Positions 18,962-28,120 of a DNA stretch of 53,132 nt are shown here, piece after piece (within the stretch, counting starts at the first letter, position 1; every line of letters begins with the position of its first letter). Made by a program: the position numbers and the translations under genes. The DNA is taken from assembly GCA_003345595.1 (NCBI GenBank), contig PRDI01000086.1, positions 1-53,132 on the forward strand, read 5' to 3'. This DNA is from Candidatus Thorarchaeota archaeon (GTDB taxonomy: Archaea > Asgardarchaeota > Thorarchaeia > Thorarchaeales > Thorarchaeaceae). A model generated the notes under the pieces. The model searched no databases, was not told the origin of the DNA, and was given only the letters and a program-made list of their open reading frames with translations.

Positions 18962-21900
18962 GCTTAAGATCCTCCAAGTCCCATTCCTTCACATGAGCGA
19001 ACTGCTTCCAAGCGGGTCTCCCTTGTGGTCCGACGAGCTGCATCTTATCGGCTCTAGTTTCTGTGGCAAGATAGTCGGAGAACATCTGTGCCAGCTCAAC
19101 TGACTCCTTGTCCGAGAACATTATGGCGAGTCGTATCCTCTGTTCGACGTTGAGGTCCATCTCCTTCCTCATCACTTGCACTCGCCGAGTGACGTCCCTC
19201 ACTAGTCCTTCTGCCTCTAGCTCCTTGGTTCTGGTTGTGTCCACGTAGACCCTGCCTATCTTGCTGTCTGCAAAGCTCAGATTATCGGGCATGCTTTCCT
19301 CGAAGTCAAGGTCTTCGGGTGCAAGTGTCAGGTCCTTGCCATCTACGGTGACTACGGCTTGGCCATTCTGAAGGTCTGATCTTAGCTTTGTCAGGTCGGC
19401 AGTTTCGAGGGCCGCTATCAGCCCCGTCATCATCGCCTTGAACTTAGGTCCCAGTGTCCTGTAGTTGGGCTTGACCACAAGTCGTGTGAAGCTTGGCACA
19501 GAGCCTGACTGGAGCACTTCGAGGTCTCTGGTGTTCAGATCGCCTCTCAAGAGTGGTTTCAAGCTCTCGATACGTCCTGCCACTTCTGGACTGGTGGGCA
19601 ACACAATGACCCGACTCACAGGGTGTCTCAGCTTGACGCCCTTCTTATTCCGGGCATAGGAGCAGGCGCTTCGAAGTTCCTGTAGGACTTCAAAGGTCGT
19701 TTCTATGTCCGGTTCAACGAACGTTTCATCAGGTTCTGGCATGTCTGTAAGGTTGACAGACTCCGGTAGCCCTTCGCAAAAGCGAGTGAAGAAGTCCTTA
19801 TGCAGCTTCTCTGTGAGAAACGGTGTGAACACATTGAGGCATCTCATCATGACATCAAGGGCGTAGAACATCGTGTCGTATGCCATTACCTTCTTTGGAT
19901 CATCACTCTCCAACCACACCCTCTTCTTCACCAATGGGAGGTATACTCTGCTCAAATCCTCTGTCACGAAGTCTAATAGTGCTCTCGCGGCCAAATGGTA
20001 GAGATACTGCTTCATGTTCGAGTGGAATTCCTTCAGAACGTTCTGCACGCGCGACACGAGCCACCTGTCTTCCAGGTCAAAGGTCTCCACATTCCTCACG
20101 AATCTCTGTCGGTTGAATCTGTATCTGTCCAATTCCATGTATGTTTCTGTGAAAAGGAACACATTCCAAAGAACATCAAGGCGCTTCTTTGTGAATTCCA
20201 TCTCCTTTTGACAGTAGTTGGTCGCAGACCACGGAGCAGACTTACTGAGCATGTACAGCCTGAATAAATCCGCGCCAACATCTCGGAGGGCATCTTTCAT
20301 CCACACCACGTTGCCCCTAGATTTGCTCATCTTCCCTCCCTCCTCATCCAATACATGTCCTTGACTGACACATGCCTTGAATGGTGCTGTCCCATGCATG
20401 ACAACCGAGGTGTAAAGCAGGCTATAGAACCAGCCTCGCGACTGGTCCACTGCCTCTGTTATGAAGTCGTAGGGAAACAGCCGCTTGAACAGCTCTTGGC
20501 TCCTGAGGTAACCCACGCCCGCCGTATGTGCCATTCCAGAGTCGAGCCAACAGTCTGTAACGAATGGCTCGCGATGCATCATGCCGCCACATTTCTCGCA
20601 CTTGAGCACTACCCTGTCTACCCAAGGTCTGTGCATCTCGAAGTCCTTTGGGAACTCGACCGCGCGCCGTTTCAGTTCACTCCGCGATCCTATGACAGTC
20701 TCTGCCTTACAGCTGTCACAGACCCAGACGGGGAGGGGCGAGCCCCAGACTCTTGAACGAGATATGCACCAATCGTCGGCATTTGCCACCCAGTCTCCGA
20801 ACCGTCCTGTGCCTGCCCATTCCGGCGTCCATTCCACCCTGTTATTCTCTTCGACGAGCCTCTCACGAACACCTATCATCTTGAGGAACCACTGTGTCTT
20901 GTCAGCAAGGTACAGCAGCGGTGTGTCGCATCTCCAGCAGTGAGGGTATTCGTGTTCTATGGTTTCCTCGAATATCAGAAGACCTTTCTCTCTGAGCATC
21001 TTGGGTACAACTAAGTTGGTATCGAAGACGAATTTGCCTTCAAACATTGGGACCTCTTTCGTGAAGAGCCCTGAGGGTGTAACCGGGCAGAAGACAGGCA
21101 CCTCATACTTCCGGCCCACCTCGAAGTCATCTGGTCCAAAGCCAGGTGCTGTGTGAACCAGACCTGAACCGTCTTCAACAGTCACGTGAGTGCCTGTCAC
21201 GACGGCATGCATGAACTTCTCAGTGTGATCCCGGTGCCACTTGATTTCGTCCTTGAATGGGTGTTCATACTTCCACCCATGCATCTCGCTGCCCTTGAGC
21301 GACTCAACTTCCTGATATGATGTCTTCTGAGCCTTCCGCATTACCGTTTCCACTAGGTTCTCGACAATCCACCAGAACTCATCATCCACCTGGACCTTGA
21401 CATAAGTGAAGTCAGGATGGACTGAGACCATCTCGTTGGAGAGCAGTGTGAACGGTGTTGTTGTCCATATCACCAGGTATTCATTCTGTCTGTCTATGAG
21501 CTTGAACTTGACGTAGATTGATGGGTCAACCTTGGTCTTGTACCCCTGCGACACCTCATGTCCAGAGAGAGCCGTGACACATCTCGGGCAGGTGGGGTTG
21601 ACCCTGTAGCCGCGTCCCAGCAGCTTCTTCTCGCTTGCCAGCTTGAGGAAGTGCCAGACATGCTCTATGTAGTCATCAGTTCGGGTCTGGTATGCCGACT
21701 CATAGTCAAGCCACAATCCAAGACGCTTGGAGTCATTGACCCAACTCTCGAGGTAGTAGTCGACCAACTCCTTGCATTTCTTGACGAAGAGATCCAGGCC
21801 TATCGTCGTTTCAATCTGCCTCTTCTCGGCTATGCCCTCCTTGCGCTCCACCTCCAGCTCGACAGGGAGACCCTGCATGTCCCACCCTGCTCTCCTCCAG

Positions 21901-22133
21901 ACATTGAATCCCTTCATGGTCATATATCGGATCTCGGCGTCTTTCATGGCCCTTCCTCTCCCATGGCCTACATGCATGAAGCCGTTGGTAGTAGGTGGTC
22001 CCTCCAAGAAGTTCCATGGAGGCCCTGAGCTTCTTAGCTTCTCGGTCCTGTTCTGCATGTCACTCCTCTTCCAGAAGTCCAGTATCTCGGGTTCGAGGGT
22101 CTGTGGATCGTAACGCTTCGGCAGGGGGCTCAT
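18855..22133 (-). CDS. ileS: Isoleucine--tRNA ligase (archaeal/eukaryote type)
   Basis: EGPPTTNG-HVGH (HIGH), WTTTP, GSGLVHTAPGFG, DWCISRSRVWG, DQSRGWF, KMSKS. ATG at 22133 follows GAGGAG. Confidence 0.95.
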   Translation of the reverse strand: MSPLPKRYDPQTLEPEILDFWKRSDMQNRTEKLRSSGPPWNFLEGPPTTNGFMHVGHGRGRAMKDAEIRYMTMKGFNVWRRAGWDMQGLPVELEVERKEGIAEKRQIETTIGLDLFVKKCKELVDYYLESWVNDSKRLGLWLDYESAYQTRTDDYIEHVWHFLKLASEKKLLGRGYRVNPTCPRCVTALSGHEVSQGYKTKVDPSIYVKFKLIDRQNEYLVIWTTTPFTLLSNEMVSVHPDFTYVKVQVDDEFWWIVENLVETVMRKAQKTSYQEVESLKGSEMHGWKYEHPFKDEIKWHRDHTEKFMHAVVTGTHVTVEDGSGLVHTAPGFGPDDFEVGRKYEVPVFCPVTPSGLFTKEVPMFEGKFVFDTNLVVPKMLREKGLLIFEETIEHEYPHCWRCDTPLLYLADKTQWFLKMIGVRERLVEENNRVEWTPEWAGTGRFGDWVANADDWCISRSRVWGSPLPVWVCDSCKAETVIGSRSELKRRAVEFPKDFEMHRPWVDRVVLKCEKCGGMMHREPFVTDCWLDSGMAHTAGVGYLRSQELFKRLFPYDFITEAVDQSRGWFYSLLYTSVVMHGTAPFKACVSQGHVLDEEGGKMSKSRGNVVWMKDALRDVGADLFRLYMLSKSAPWSATNYCQKEMEFTKKRLDVLWNVFLFTETYMELDRYRFNRQRFVRNVETFDLEDRWLVSRVQNVLKEFHSNMKQYLYHLAARALLDFVTEDLSRVYLPLVKKRVWLESDDPKKVMAYDTMFYALDVMMRCLNVFTPFLTEKLHKDFFTRFCEGLPESVNLTDMPEPDETFVEPDIETTFEVLQELRSACSYARNKKGVKLRHPVSRVIVLPTSPEVAGRIESLKPLLRGDLNTRDLEVLQSGSVPSFTRLVVKPNYRTLGPKFKAMMTGLIAALETADLTKLRSDLQNGQAVVTVDGKDLTLAPEDLDFEESMPDNLSFADSKIGRVYVDTTRTKELEAEGLVRDVTRRVQVMRKEMDLNVEQRIRLAIMFSDKESVELAQMFSDYLATETRADKMQLVGPQGRPAWKQFAHVKEWDLEDLKLKVGMSPETETPKAAPRKKARPAESGRKRRSVQSK

Positions 22134-22484
22134 TTTGGTCTCCTCTTGCGGTGATAATCTGTACACAAACTCGTAGGAAATCCCTCGCAGGTCGCTCTTC
22201 GTTGGAGTGTCGGTTGGCACTCATCGGTGCCTGAGAAGCCGCTCCTAGATGATTTGGTGATCCATCCTTTTGCTCACCTACGTGGGGTCTTCATCCAGAC
22301 ACCGCAGGCCCCGTTAAAAAGCTTAGGCTAGTGGGACTTGTCCACGCAGACCATTGCATAGGCTCAGCATTCTGCACGTCTGTTTGTTAAACGCGGTGAT
22401 GGGACAATCAACCAAGGTTTAATTACGAGATTATTAGACCCTGTTGGCGAATCCATACAATCGTCAGTTGCGAGGCATAGTCCA

Positions 22485-23156
22485 ATGAGTACTCTTGAGG
22501 GAAGACCGCTCGATAAACTCGTAGACACAATTCTGAACGTATTATGGCGCGACCCACTCGAGGTCTGGGTTGCCATTCATAAGAAGCTGGACACAGAGGG
22601 AGCGAAAGTCGTGAAGACAGCTTTCGACAGCGGGTCGACTCGGTTCCTGAATGGTCCATTCAAGGATCATACGGAAGTAAGATGGGGGATGAGTCAATGT
22701 GTTCACTGCAACGACACAAACATAGAAAAGAACGGCATCGTCTGCGTCAAGCCAAGCGGCGACGGACTCGAGTTCAATCAATGTCTGAATTGCCGCATAG
22801 GGATTCTCTACAACGTTGTCTCAGCGAAGGCCACCATGGACAGCTATCTGGTGTCCGTTGGAAAGCCCGGTCAGTTCAGTGGTATATCCTTCTACTGGGA
22901 CGCTATAGTCCCAACTCCAATGAGGAAGTTCCAGCCACTCTATGAGATTGTGAAAGATGGACGGTGGATTGGCAGTGTGGCCTTTAGTCAGGCACTCAAA
23001 CCAAGATTCCTTCCGTGTGCTTCAATGACATCTTCTGTGGTTCGTGAGGCTGAAGCGTCATGGAAGACGGCACTGCCGTCTGACGTTGCCGGCAGTGTGG
23101 ATGCCTTTGTGAAGTCTATGCGGCCGCAGATCGAGGTTGTTCTGGCCATTAGATGA
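22485..23156 (+). CDS. Hypothetical protein with a putative Zn-ribbon (CVHC...CLNC)
   Basis: 223-aa ORF containing two CxxC pairs. Confidence 0.6.
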   Translation: MSTLEGRPLDKLVDTILNVLWRDPLEVWVAIHKKLDTEGAKVVKTAFDSGSTRFLNGPFKDHTEVRWGMSQCVHCNDTNIEKNGIVCVKPSGDGLEFNQCLNCRIGILYNVVSAKATMDSYLVSVGKPGQFSGISFYWDAIVPTPMRKFQPLYEIVKDGRWIGSVAFSQALKPRFLPCASMTSSVVREAEASWKTALPSDVAGSVDAFVKSMRPQIEVVLAIR

Positions 23157-23175
23157 AGTGTAGCCGGTGACCTTG

Positions 23176-23481
23176 ATGGCCCGAGAGAAGCTCATCCGCG
23201 ACCTCGTTCCCGATGCAATTCGGGCAGAAGGTGGGTCTCCTGTTGTCCGAATCGCATCAGAACAAGAGATGGACAGACTGTTGAGACAGAAGATTGTAGA
23301 GGAAGCCCAGGAATTCCTTCTTTCAGGAGATACTGCCGAGATTGCCGACATTTTGGAAGCAGTCCGTACACTTCTGAACCTGAGGTGTGTCGGTTGGCGT
23401 AGAATCGAAGCGCTACGTAAACAGAAAAGAGTCCTCCGGGGCGGCTTTGAGAGAGGCTATGTGCTCTCACTCGGGGCATGA
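23176..23481 (+). CDS. MazG/PRA-PH-like house-cleaning NTP pyrophosphohydrolase
   Basis: KLIRDLVP, KIVEEAQE, EIADILE, RGGFERG. Confidence 0.85.
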   Translation: MAREKLIRDLVPDAIRAEGGSPVVRIASEQEMDRLLRQKIVEEAQEFLLSGDTAEIADILEAVRTLLNLRCVGWRRIEALRKQKRVLRGGFERGYVLSLGA

Positions 23482-23615
23482 CTGAGCGACTGTTCGTACC
23501 CTACTTCATACTCTGAAACATTGGACAAGGCTTAAATCGCTTTGAAGCGCCCCCTTCCTCTAAGAATACCACTACTCTCAGTGGTGGCGCTATTTGACGC
23601 TGGAGATTGACGATT

Positions 23616-25265
23616 ATGGAAAGAGAAGTCACGCGCGTACCTGAAACAGATGTCACACACACCACAGATGGCAAGGACATCTCAAGGTACCACGTAAGCA
23701 AGCACGAAATCAAGTCGCTGCCCTACACAACCAAGTCCATCTGTCCTGAGTGTCTGCTCACTGACGATCAAGTCCATGTCATTGATGCGACCCTGTATGA
23801 AGAGGATGGGAAGGTCATGTACAAAAAGACCTGTCCTAAGCATGGTGAGTTTCTAGATGTCTACTGGGGCGATGCGGAGATGTTCAGGCGTGCCCAGACC
23901 TATTGGTACAAGACGGTTGGACTTGACAATCCAAGGACCAAGACAGTTGAGGGTTGTCCCAACGACTGTGGTCAGTGTCCTGAGCATCAGTCTCACACGG
24001 CGCTTGCACTCTTGGATGTCACCAATCGATGCAATTTACGGTGTCCCATCTGCTTTGCACATGCCGCAGAGTCTGGCACCGTCTATGAGCCAACTCCAGA
24101 AGAGGTACTCGAGATGATGAGAAACCTGAGGAGGAACATGCCCGTGCCAGCACCAGCGATACAATTCGCCGGCGGAGAACCAACAGTGAGCAAGAACTTG
24201 CCTCAATACATCCGATGGGCAAAACAGCTAGGTTTCAGGCATGTTCAGATTGCCAGCAATTCGATTAGGATTGGGAAGAGTCTCGAGTATGCGAAGGAGC
24301 TCGCCGACGCAGGTCTGTCCGCGATATACATGCAGTTCGATGGTGTGACACCAGAACCATACCTAACAGCGAGGTCAACGAACCTTCTGCCAATCAAGAT
24401 GAAGGCTATCGAAAACTGTCGCAAGGTTGGTCTGGATGCGGTGGTTCTTGTGCCCACGGTGGTGAGAGGCGTTAATGACGACCAACTGGCCAAGATAGTG
24501 GAGTTTGCAGTCGAGAACCGAGACGTGGTTCGGTGCGTCAACTTCCAGCCGGTCAGCATAACCGGTCGGATTGATCATGACAAGCGCAAAGAGATGCGCA
24601 TCACGATTCCAGATGTCATTCACAAGATTGATGAACAGACCAGTGGCCGAATTCCAGTTTCGGCATGGTATCCAGTGCCGGCCATGATGCCTGTGGGCAG
24701 AGCTCTTGGTCTCATGAAAGGCATTCCTCAGCTGGAACTGAGTTCACACTTTGCATGTGGGATGGCCACCTTCTTGTTCATCGATGAGGATGGAAGCTAT
24801 GAGCCAATTACAAACGTGATTGACGTTGACAAGTTCCTTGGCGTGCTAACAGACATCGCCAATCTCTATGCAGACAAGAAGAGTGGTGCTAGCAAGCGAG
24901 CGAAGGCGAAGTTGGTGGGTAGTGTGCGGTACATCAAGAAGAAGGGGATCATGAAGGACCTACTCACTGCATTCCTCAATCGGGGTGACTACGAGTCGCT
25001 GGCAAGTTTCATGCACCGCATCGTCATGTTAGGCATCATGCACTTCCAAGACGCCTACAACTTTGATCTGGAACGAGTACAGCAGTGTGATGTGAACTAC
25101 GCGGTGCCTGATGGACGGATTGTTCCATTTTGCACTATGAACACAATCCACAGATCAAGGATTGAGAAAGAGTTCGCAATGCCGCTGTCCAAGTGGCAGA
25201 AGACACGTGACCCGAGTCAGGTTGAAGTTGAGAGCATAACCAAGCCGTATGTGGGCGAGGCTTAG
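23616..25265 (+). CDS. tes: Radical SAM tetraether lipid synthase (Tes/GDGT-MAS, MJ0619 family)
   Basis: N-terminal SICPEC...KTCPKHG, GCPNDCGQCPEH, radical SAM motif CNLRCPIC, FAGGEP, and C-terminal QQCDVNYAVPDGRIVPFC. Confidence 0.85.
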   Translation: MEREVTRVPETDVTHTTDGKDISRYHVSKHEIKSLPYTTKSICPECLLTDDQVHVIDATLYEEDGKVMYKKTCPKHGEFLDVYWGDAEMFRRAQTYWYKTVGLDNPRTKTVEGCPNDCGQCPEHQSHTALALLDVTNRCNLRCPICFAHAAESGTVYEPTPEEVLEMMRNLRRNMPVPAPAIQFAGGEPTVSKNLPQYIRWAKQLGFRHVQIASNSIRIGKSLEYAKELADAGLSAIYMQFDGVTPEPYLTARSTNLLPIKMKAIENCRKVGLDAVVLVPTVVRGVNDDQLAKIVEFAVENRDVVRCVNFQPVSITGRIDHDKRKEMRITIPDVIHKIDEQTSGRIPVSAWYPVPAMMPVGRALGLMKGIPQLELSSHFACGMATFLFIDEDGSYEPITNVIDVDKFLGVLTDIANLYADKKSGASKRAKAKLVGSVRYIKKKGIMKDLLTAFLNRGDYESLASFMHRIVMLGIMHFQDAYNFDLERVQQCDVNYAVPDGRIVPFCTMNTIHRSRIEKEFAMPLSKWQKTRDPSQVEVESITKPYVGEA

Positions 25266-25450
25266 TCCTAGCCAACTGAATTGGTCTTGGAAACAGAAGA
25301 GCCCTCATGGCTCTCTCTCACTCTTGAAAGCGCCGATGACCCCGGACTGCATTCTCATTGCACAGGACGACTGCGATGCTGCTGCGGATGGCGAACTTGC
25401 ACCTGCGGGACTCGAAAGTTAATGTTCGGTTAAACCTGTACTGCAGGAAT

Positions 25451-25461
25451 AAGTTTAAAAG
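25451..25461 (+). promoter_or_regulatory. BRE/TATA-like promoter element upstream of the candidate ncRNA
   Basis: GGAATAAG-TTTAAAAG about 30 nt before the first stem. Confidence 0.45.
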
Positions 25462-25484
25462 AAACCTCCCTTTCTCTGTCTGTA

Positions 25485-25650
25485 GACTACTGGTGGGTGA
25501 TGTGGGAAAACACCGACAAGTAGTTCCAGAAAAATAGGCGGGCGTGCGGGCTAGTTTTTCGTTACATGCCCTCAATTACGAAACTCCCCCCTCCTACCAC
25601 GATTACCTGCACGCCTGCCACCTCCTGATTCTTTCATCGCCACCTTTCGC
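25485..25650 (+). ncRNA. Candidate structured non-coding RNA or 5' leader
   Basis: Nested helices 25492-25508/25629-25644, 25537-25550/25606-25619 (14 bp) and about 25553-25562/25578-25585. G-U pairs favour the + strand. Confidence 0.5.
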
Positions 25651-25738
25651 TGCTGAAGAGCGGTTCTTAGGAATGGCACCTCTATTCACACGCAACTCTT
25701 AATTGACGAATGAAGACACGTGTCTGGGTTGTTTCATA

Positions 25739-26656
25739 ATGAAGAAACGCCATGGACTTCCATTCGCGCAGGTTGACGCTTTTACGGACGTACCTTTTGG
25801 TGGGAATCCGGCTGGGGTTGTCTTGAACGCAGATGACCTGACTGAGGAAACCATTCAGAAGCTCTCGAGAGAGCTTGGTGTGGGACAGACAGTCTTTGTT
25901 TCAGGATCCAGCCTAGCCGACTGTCGGCTTCTGTTCGTAACCCCTGGAGGTGAGATGCCTTTCTCAGGACACTTGACGATTGCAGCATTTCACCTGATGG
26001 TGGAGGAGGGCGTTATCGAAGCAGTCGGAGATGTGACCACCATGACTGTGGAGACCAAGGCAGGCGTCCTGCCTGTAGAGATAGTCAAGAACGAAACGAC
26101 GGGGATGCATGAGATACAGATTACTCACAGAAAGCCTGAGTTCATGACTACCTATGATCCGAGAGAGTATGCTGAGGCTCTTGGTCTGAGCTTGGCAGAC
26201 ATCATGTCCTCTTGTCCCGTCCAAACGGTCAGCACAGGGACGCCCCAGCTTATGGTGCCTGTCACGACGCTCGGTGCCCTTCAGAGAATCCATCCAGAAC
26301 AGGACCGGCTCTTGGAACTTGGCAAGAACGCAGACTATGTATCAGTCCAAGTCTTCACAAGGCAGACTCTTGAGGCCACATCTGACGTTCATGTCAGGCA
26401 TTTTGCTCCAACTCTTGGAATCAATGAGGATGCTGCCACAGGTTCCGCTGCAGGAAGCATGGGGTGCTACATCATCAAGTATGGCCTCATGAGCCCGACT
26501 ATCCCCGTGACGAGCATCGTGGTCGAGCAGGGTCATTCAATGGGGCGGCCCGGGCACGTCTTCGTTGAGGTCAAGGGCGACGCAAGTGAGATAGAACAGG
26601 TGAAAGTAAGCGGCACAGCAGTCACAGTCCTGCGAGGGACACTCTATACTCGGTAG
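25739..26656 (+). CDS. PhzF family isomerase
   Basis: QVDAFTDVPFGGNPAGVV, FSGHLTI, VSTG, EDAATGSAAG, EQGHSMGRP. Confidence 0.92.
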   Translation: MKKRHGLPFAQVDAFTDVPFGGNPAGVVLNADDLTEETIQKLSRELGVGQTVFVSGSSLADCRLLFVTPGGEMPFSGHLTIAAFHLMVEEGVIEAVGDVTTMTVETKAGVLPVEIVKNETTGMHEIQITHRKPEFMTTYDPREYAEALGLSLADIMSSCPVQTVSTGTPQLMVPVTTLGALQRIHPEQDRLLELGKNADYVSVQVFTRQTLEATSDVHVRHFAPTLGINEDAATGSAAGSMGCYIIKYGLMSPTIPVTSIVVEQGHSMGRPGHVFVEVKGDASEIEQVKVSGTAVTVLRGTLYTR

Positions 26657-26730
26657 CTGAACAGGGAGAGAGTTTGCTCCCTCACCAACACTTATCTTCA
26701 ATTGCCCGGCTGATTTCAGGGCGTGATGCT

Positions 26731-28119
26731 ATGTTAGATGCCATGAGTAGCGCAATTGAGCGCTTCTCCGCTAGGGATGTACTATTCGCAGATATTCGTC
26801 ACGAGGTCCGTTCAGCAACGCGTCTCGCGGTAGTAAATAGTGCTCTACGGAAGTTCGACCGGACAAACAGAGCTGGGACTGTCGCAAGAGTATTAGTCGG
26901 CGAATGCTGGGGTCAGGCCTCGACAACACAGGCAGTGACAGCGTCTACTCTCAAGGAACTGCTGTCTGAGGCTTTACGCATGGCAAGGGCTGGGGCCAGG
27001 TACTCGAAGAAGAGAATCGAGATCTCTCACGCCAAACCCTTGACCATGTCAGTGCAGCAGAAGATGAAAGAAGACCCTCAAACGGTGAGTGATGAAGAGA
27101 AGTTGTCTTTCTTGGTAGAACTGGATAGGGCCCAGAAAGTGGACGACAGAGTAATCAATACCAACTCCGTGTACGACGAATCGAGGTTTGAAACAAGACT
27201 TGCCAACAGCGCCGGTTCCCGACTCGAATGGGATGAAATTCGAATGAGGGCCATGGTTCAGTCTGTGGCGAGGGAAGGCTCAAAGGTGCAGTTCGACTAT
27301 GCGGTGAAGGATGGGCTTGCGGGCTACGAGCTAGTCCGCGCAATCGACGTTAACAACTTCGCGGGAGAATGTGGACGCGGTGCGGTCGATCTTCTCTCGG
27401 CGGCAAAGCCCCCTTCTGGTGAGATGACGGTCGTGACAGATGGGGACATCGCTGGACTGATAGCTCACGAGGTCTGTGGTCACGCGAGCGAGGCTGATGA
27501 AGTAGTCAAGGGCCGTTCATTCCTAACAGGACTTGTGGGCGTACGTGTGGCCTCAGACGGAGTCACTCTGGTCGACGACGGGACGATTGAGGGCCTAAGA
27601 GGCACTGTTCCCTTTGACACTGAAGGCACTCCGGCATCGCGGACTGAAATCATCGGTCGTGGGGAATACAAAGGCTATCTGCACACACTCGAAACGTCAG
27701 CCCGGATGGGTGTGCTGCCAACTGGCAACGGACGAGCGCAAGACTACAACCACAGAGTGTTTGCTAGGATGACAAACACCTATTTCGACATCGGAAAGTG
27801 GACTGATGAGGAAATCATCGAAGACACCAAGGATGGCCTATATGTAATCCGACCGACATCAGGCATGGAAGATGTAGTGGGTGGTGGAGTCCAATGCTTG
27901 GCTCTGAAGGGGTATATCATAGAGAATGGTGAATTGAAGACTCTCGTAAGGGGGATGGCACTGACCGGCAAAGTGCTCGACGTTCTCAAGACAGTCGATG
28001 CAGTAGGGGATACCCTTCAGTTCTCGGGAGGCACCTGCGGAAAGGGTGAGGAGGACTACATACCTGTGTCGTCGGGTGGTCCCCACATGAGGGCGCGGAT
28101 GGTCGTCGGGGGTGGATAG
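26731..28119 (+). CDS. tldD: TldD family metalloprotease
   Basis: Zinc motif HEVCGHASEAD, FDTEG, TGNGRA, RMTNTY, CGKG...PVSSGGP. Confidence 0.92.
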   Translation: MLDAMSSAIERFSARDVLFADIRHEVRSATRLAVVNSALRKFDRTNRAGTVARVLVGECWGQASTTQAVTASTLKELLSEALRMARAGARYSKKRIEISHAKPLTMSVQQKMKEDPQTVSDEEKLSFLVELDRAQKVDDRVINTNSVYDESRFETRLANSAGSRLEWDEIRMRAMVQSVAREGSKVQFDYAVKDGLAGYELVRAIDVNNFAGECGRGAVDLLSAAKPPSGEMTVVTDGDIAGLIAHEVCGHASEADEVVKGRSFLTGLVGVRVASDGVTLVDDGTIEGLRGTVPFDTEGTPASRTEIIGRGEYKGYLHTLETSARMGVLPTGNGRAQDYNHRVFARMTNTYFDIGKWTDEEIIEDTKDGLYVIRPTSGMEDVVGGGVQCLALKGYIIENGELKTLVRGMALTGKVLDVLKTVDAVGDTLQFSGGTCGKGEEDYIPVSSGGPHMRARMVVGGG

Positions 28120-28120
28120 A

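Noticed and set aside
25318-25575. 85-aa minus-strand ORF in the tes-phzF gap
   Set aside because: TTG start, no motif, and it crosses the TATA element and RNA helices.
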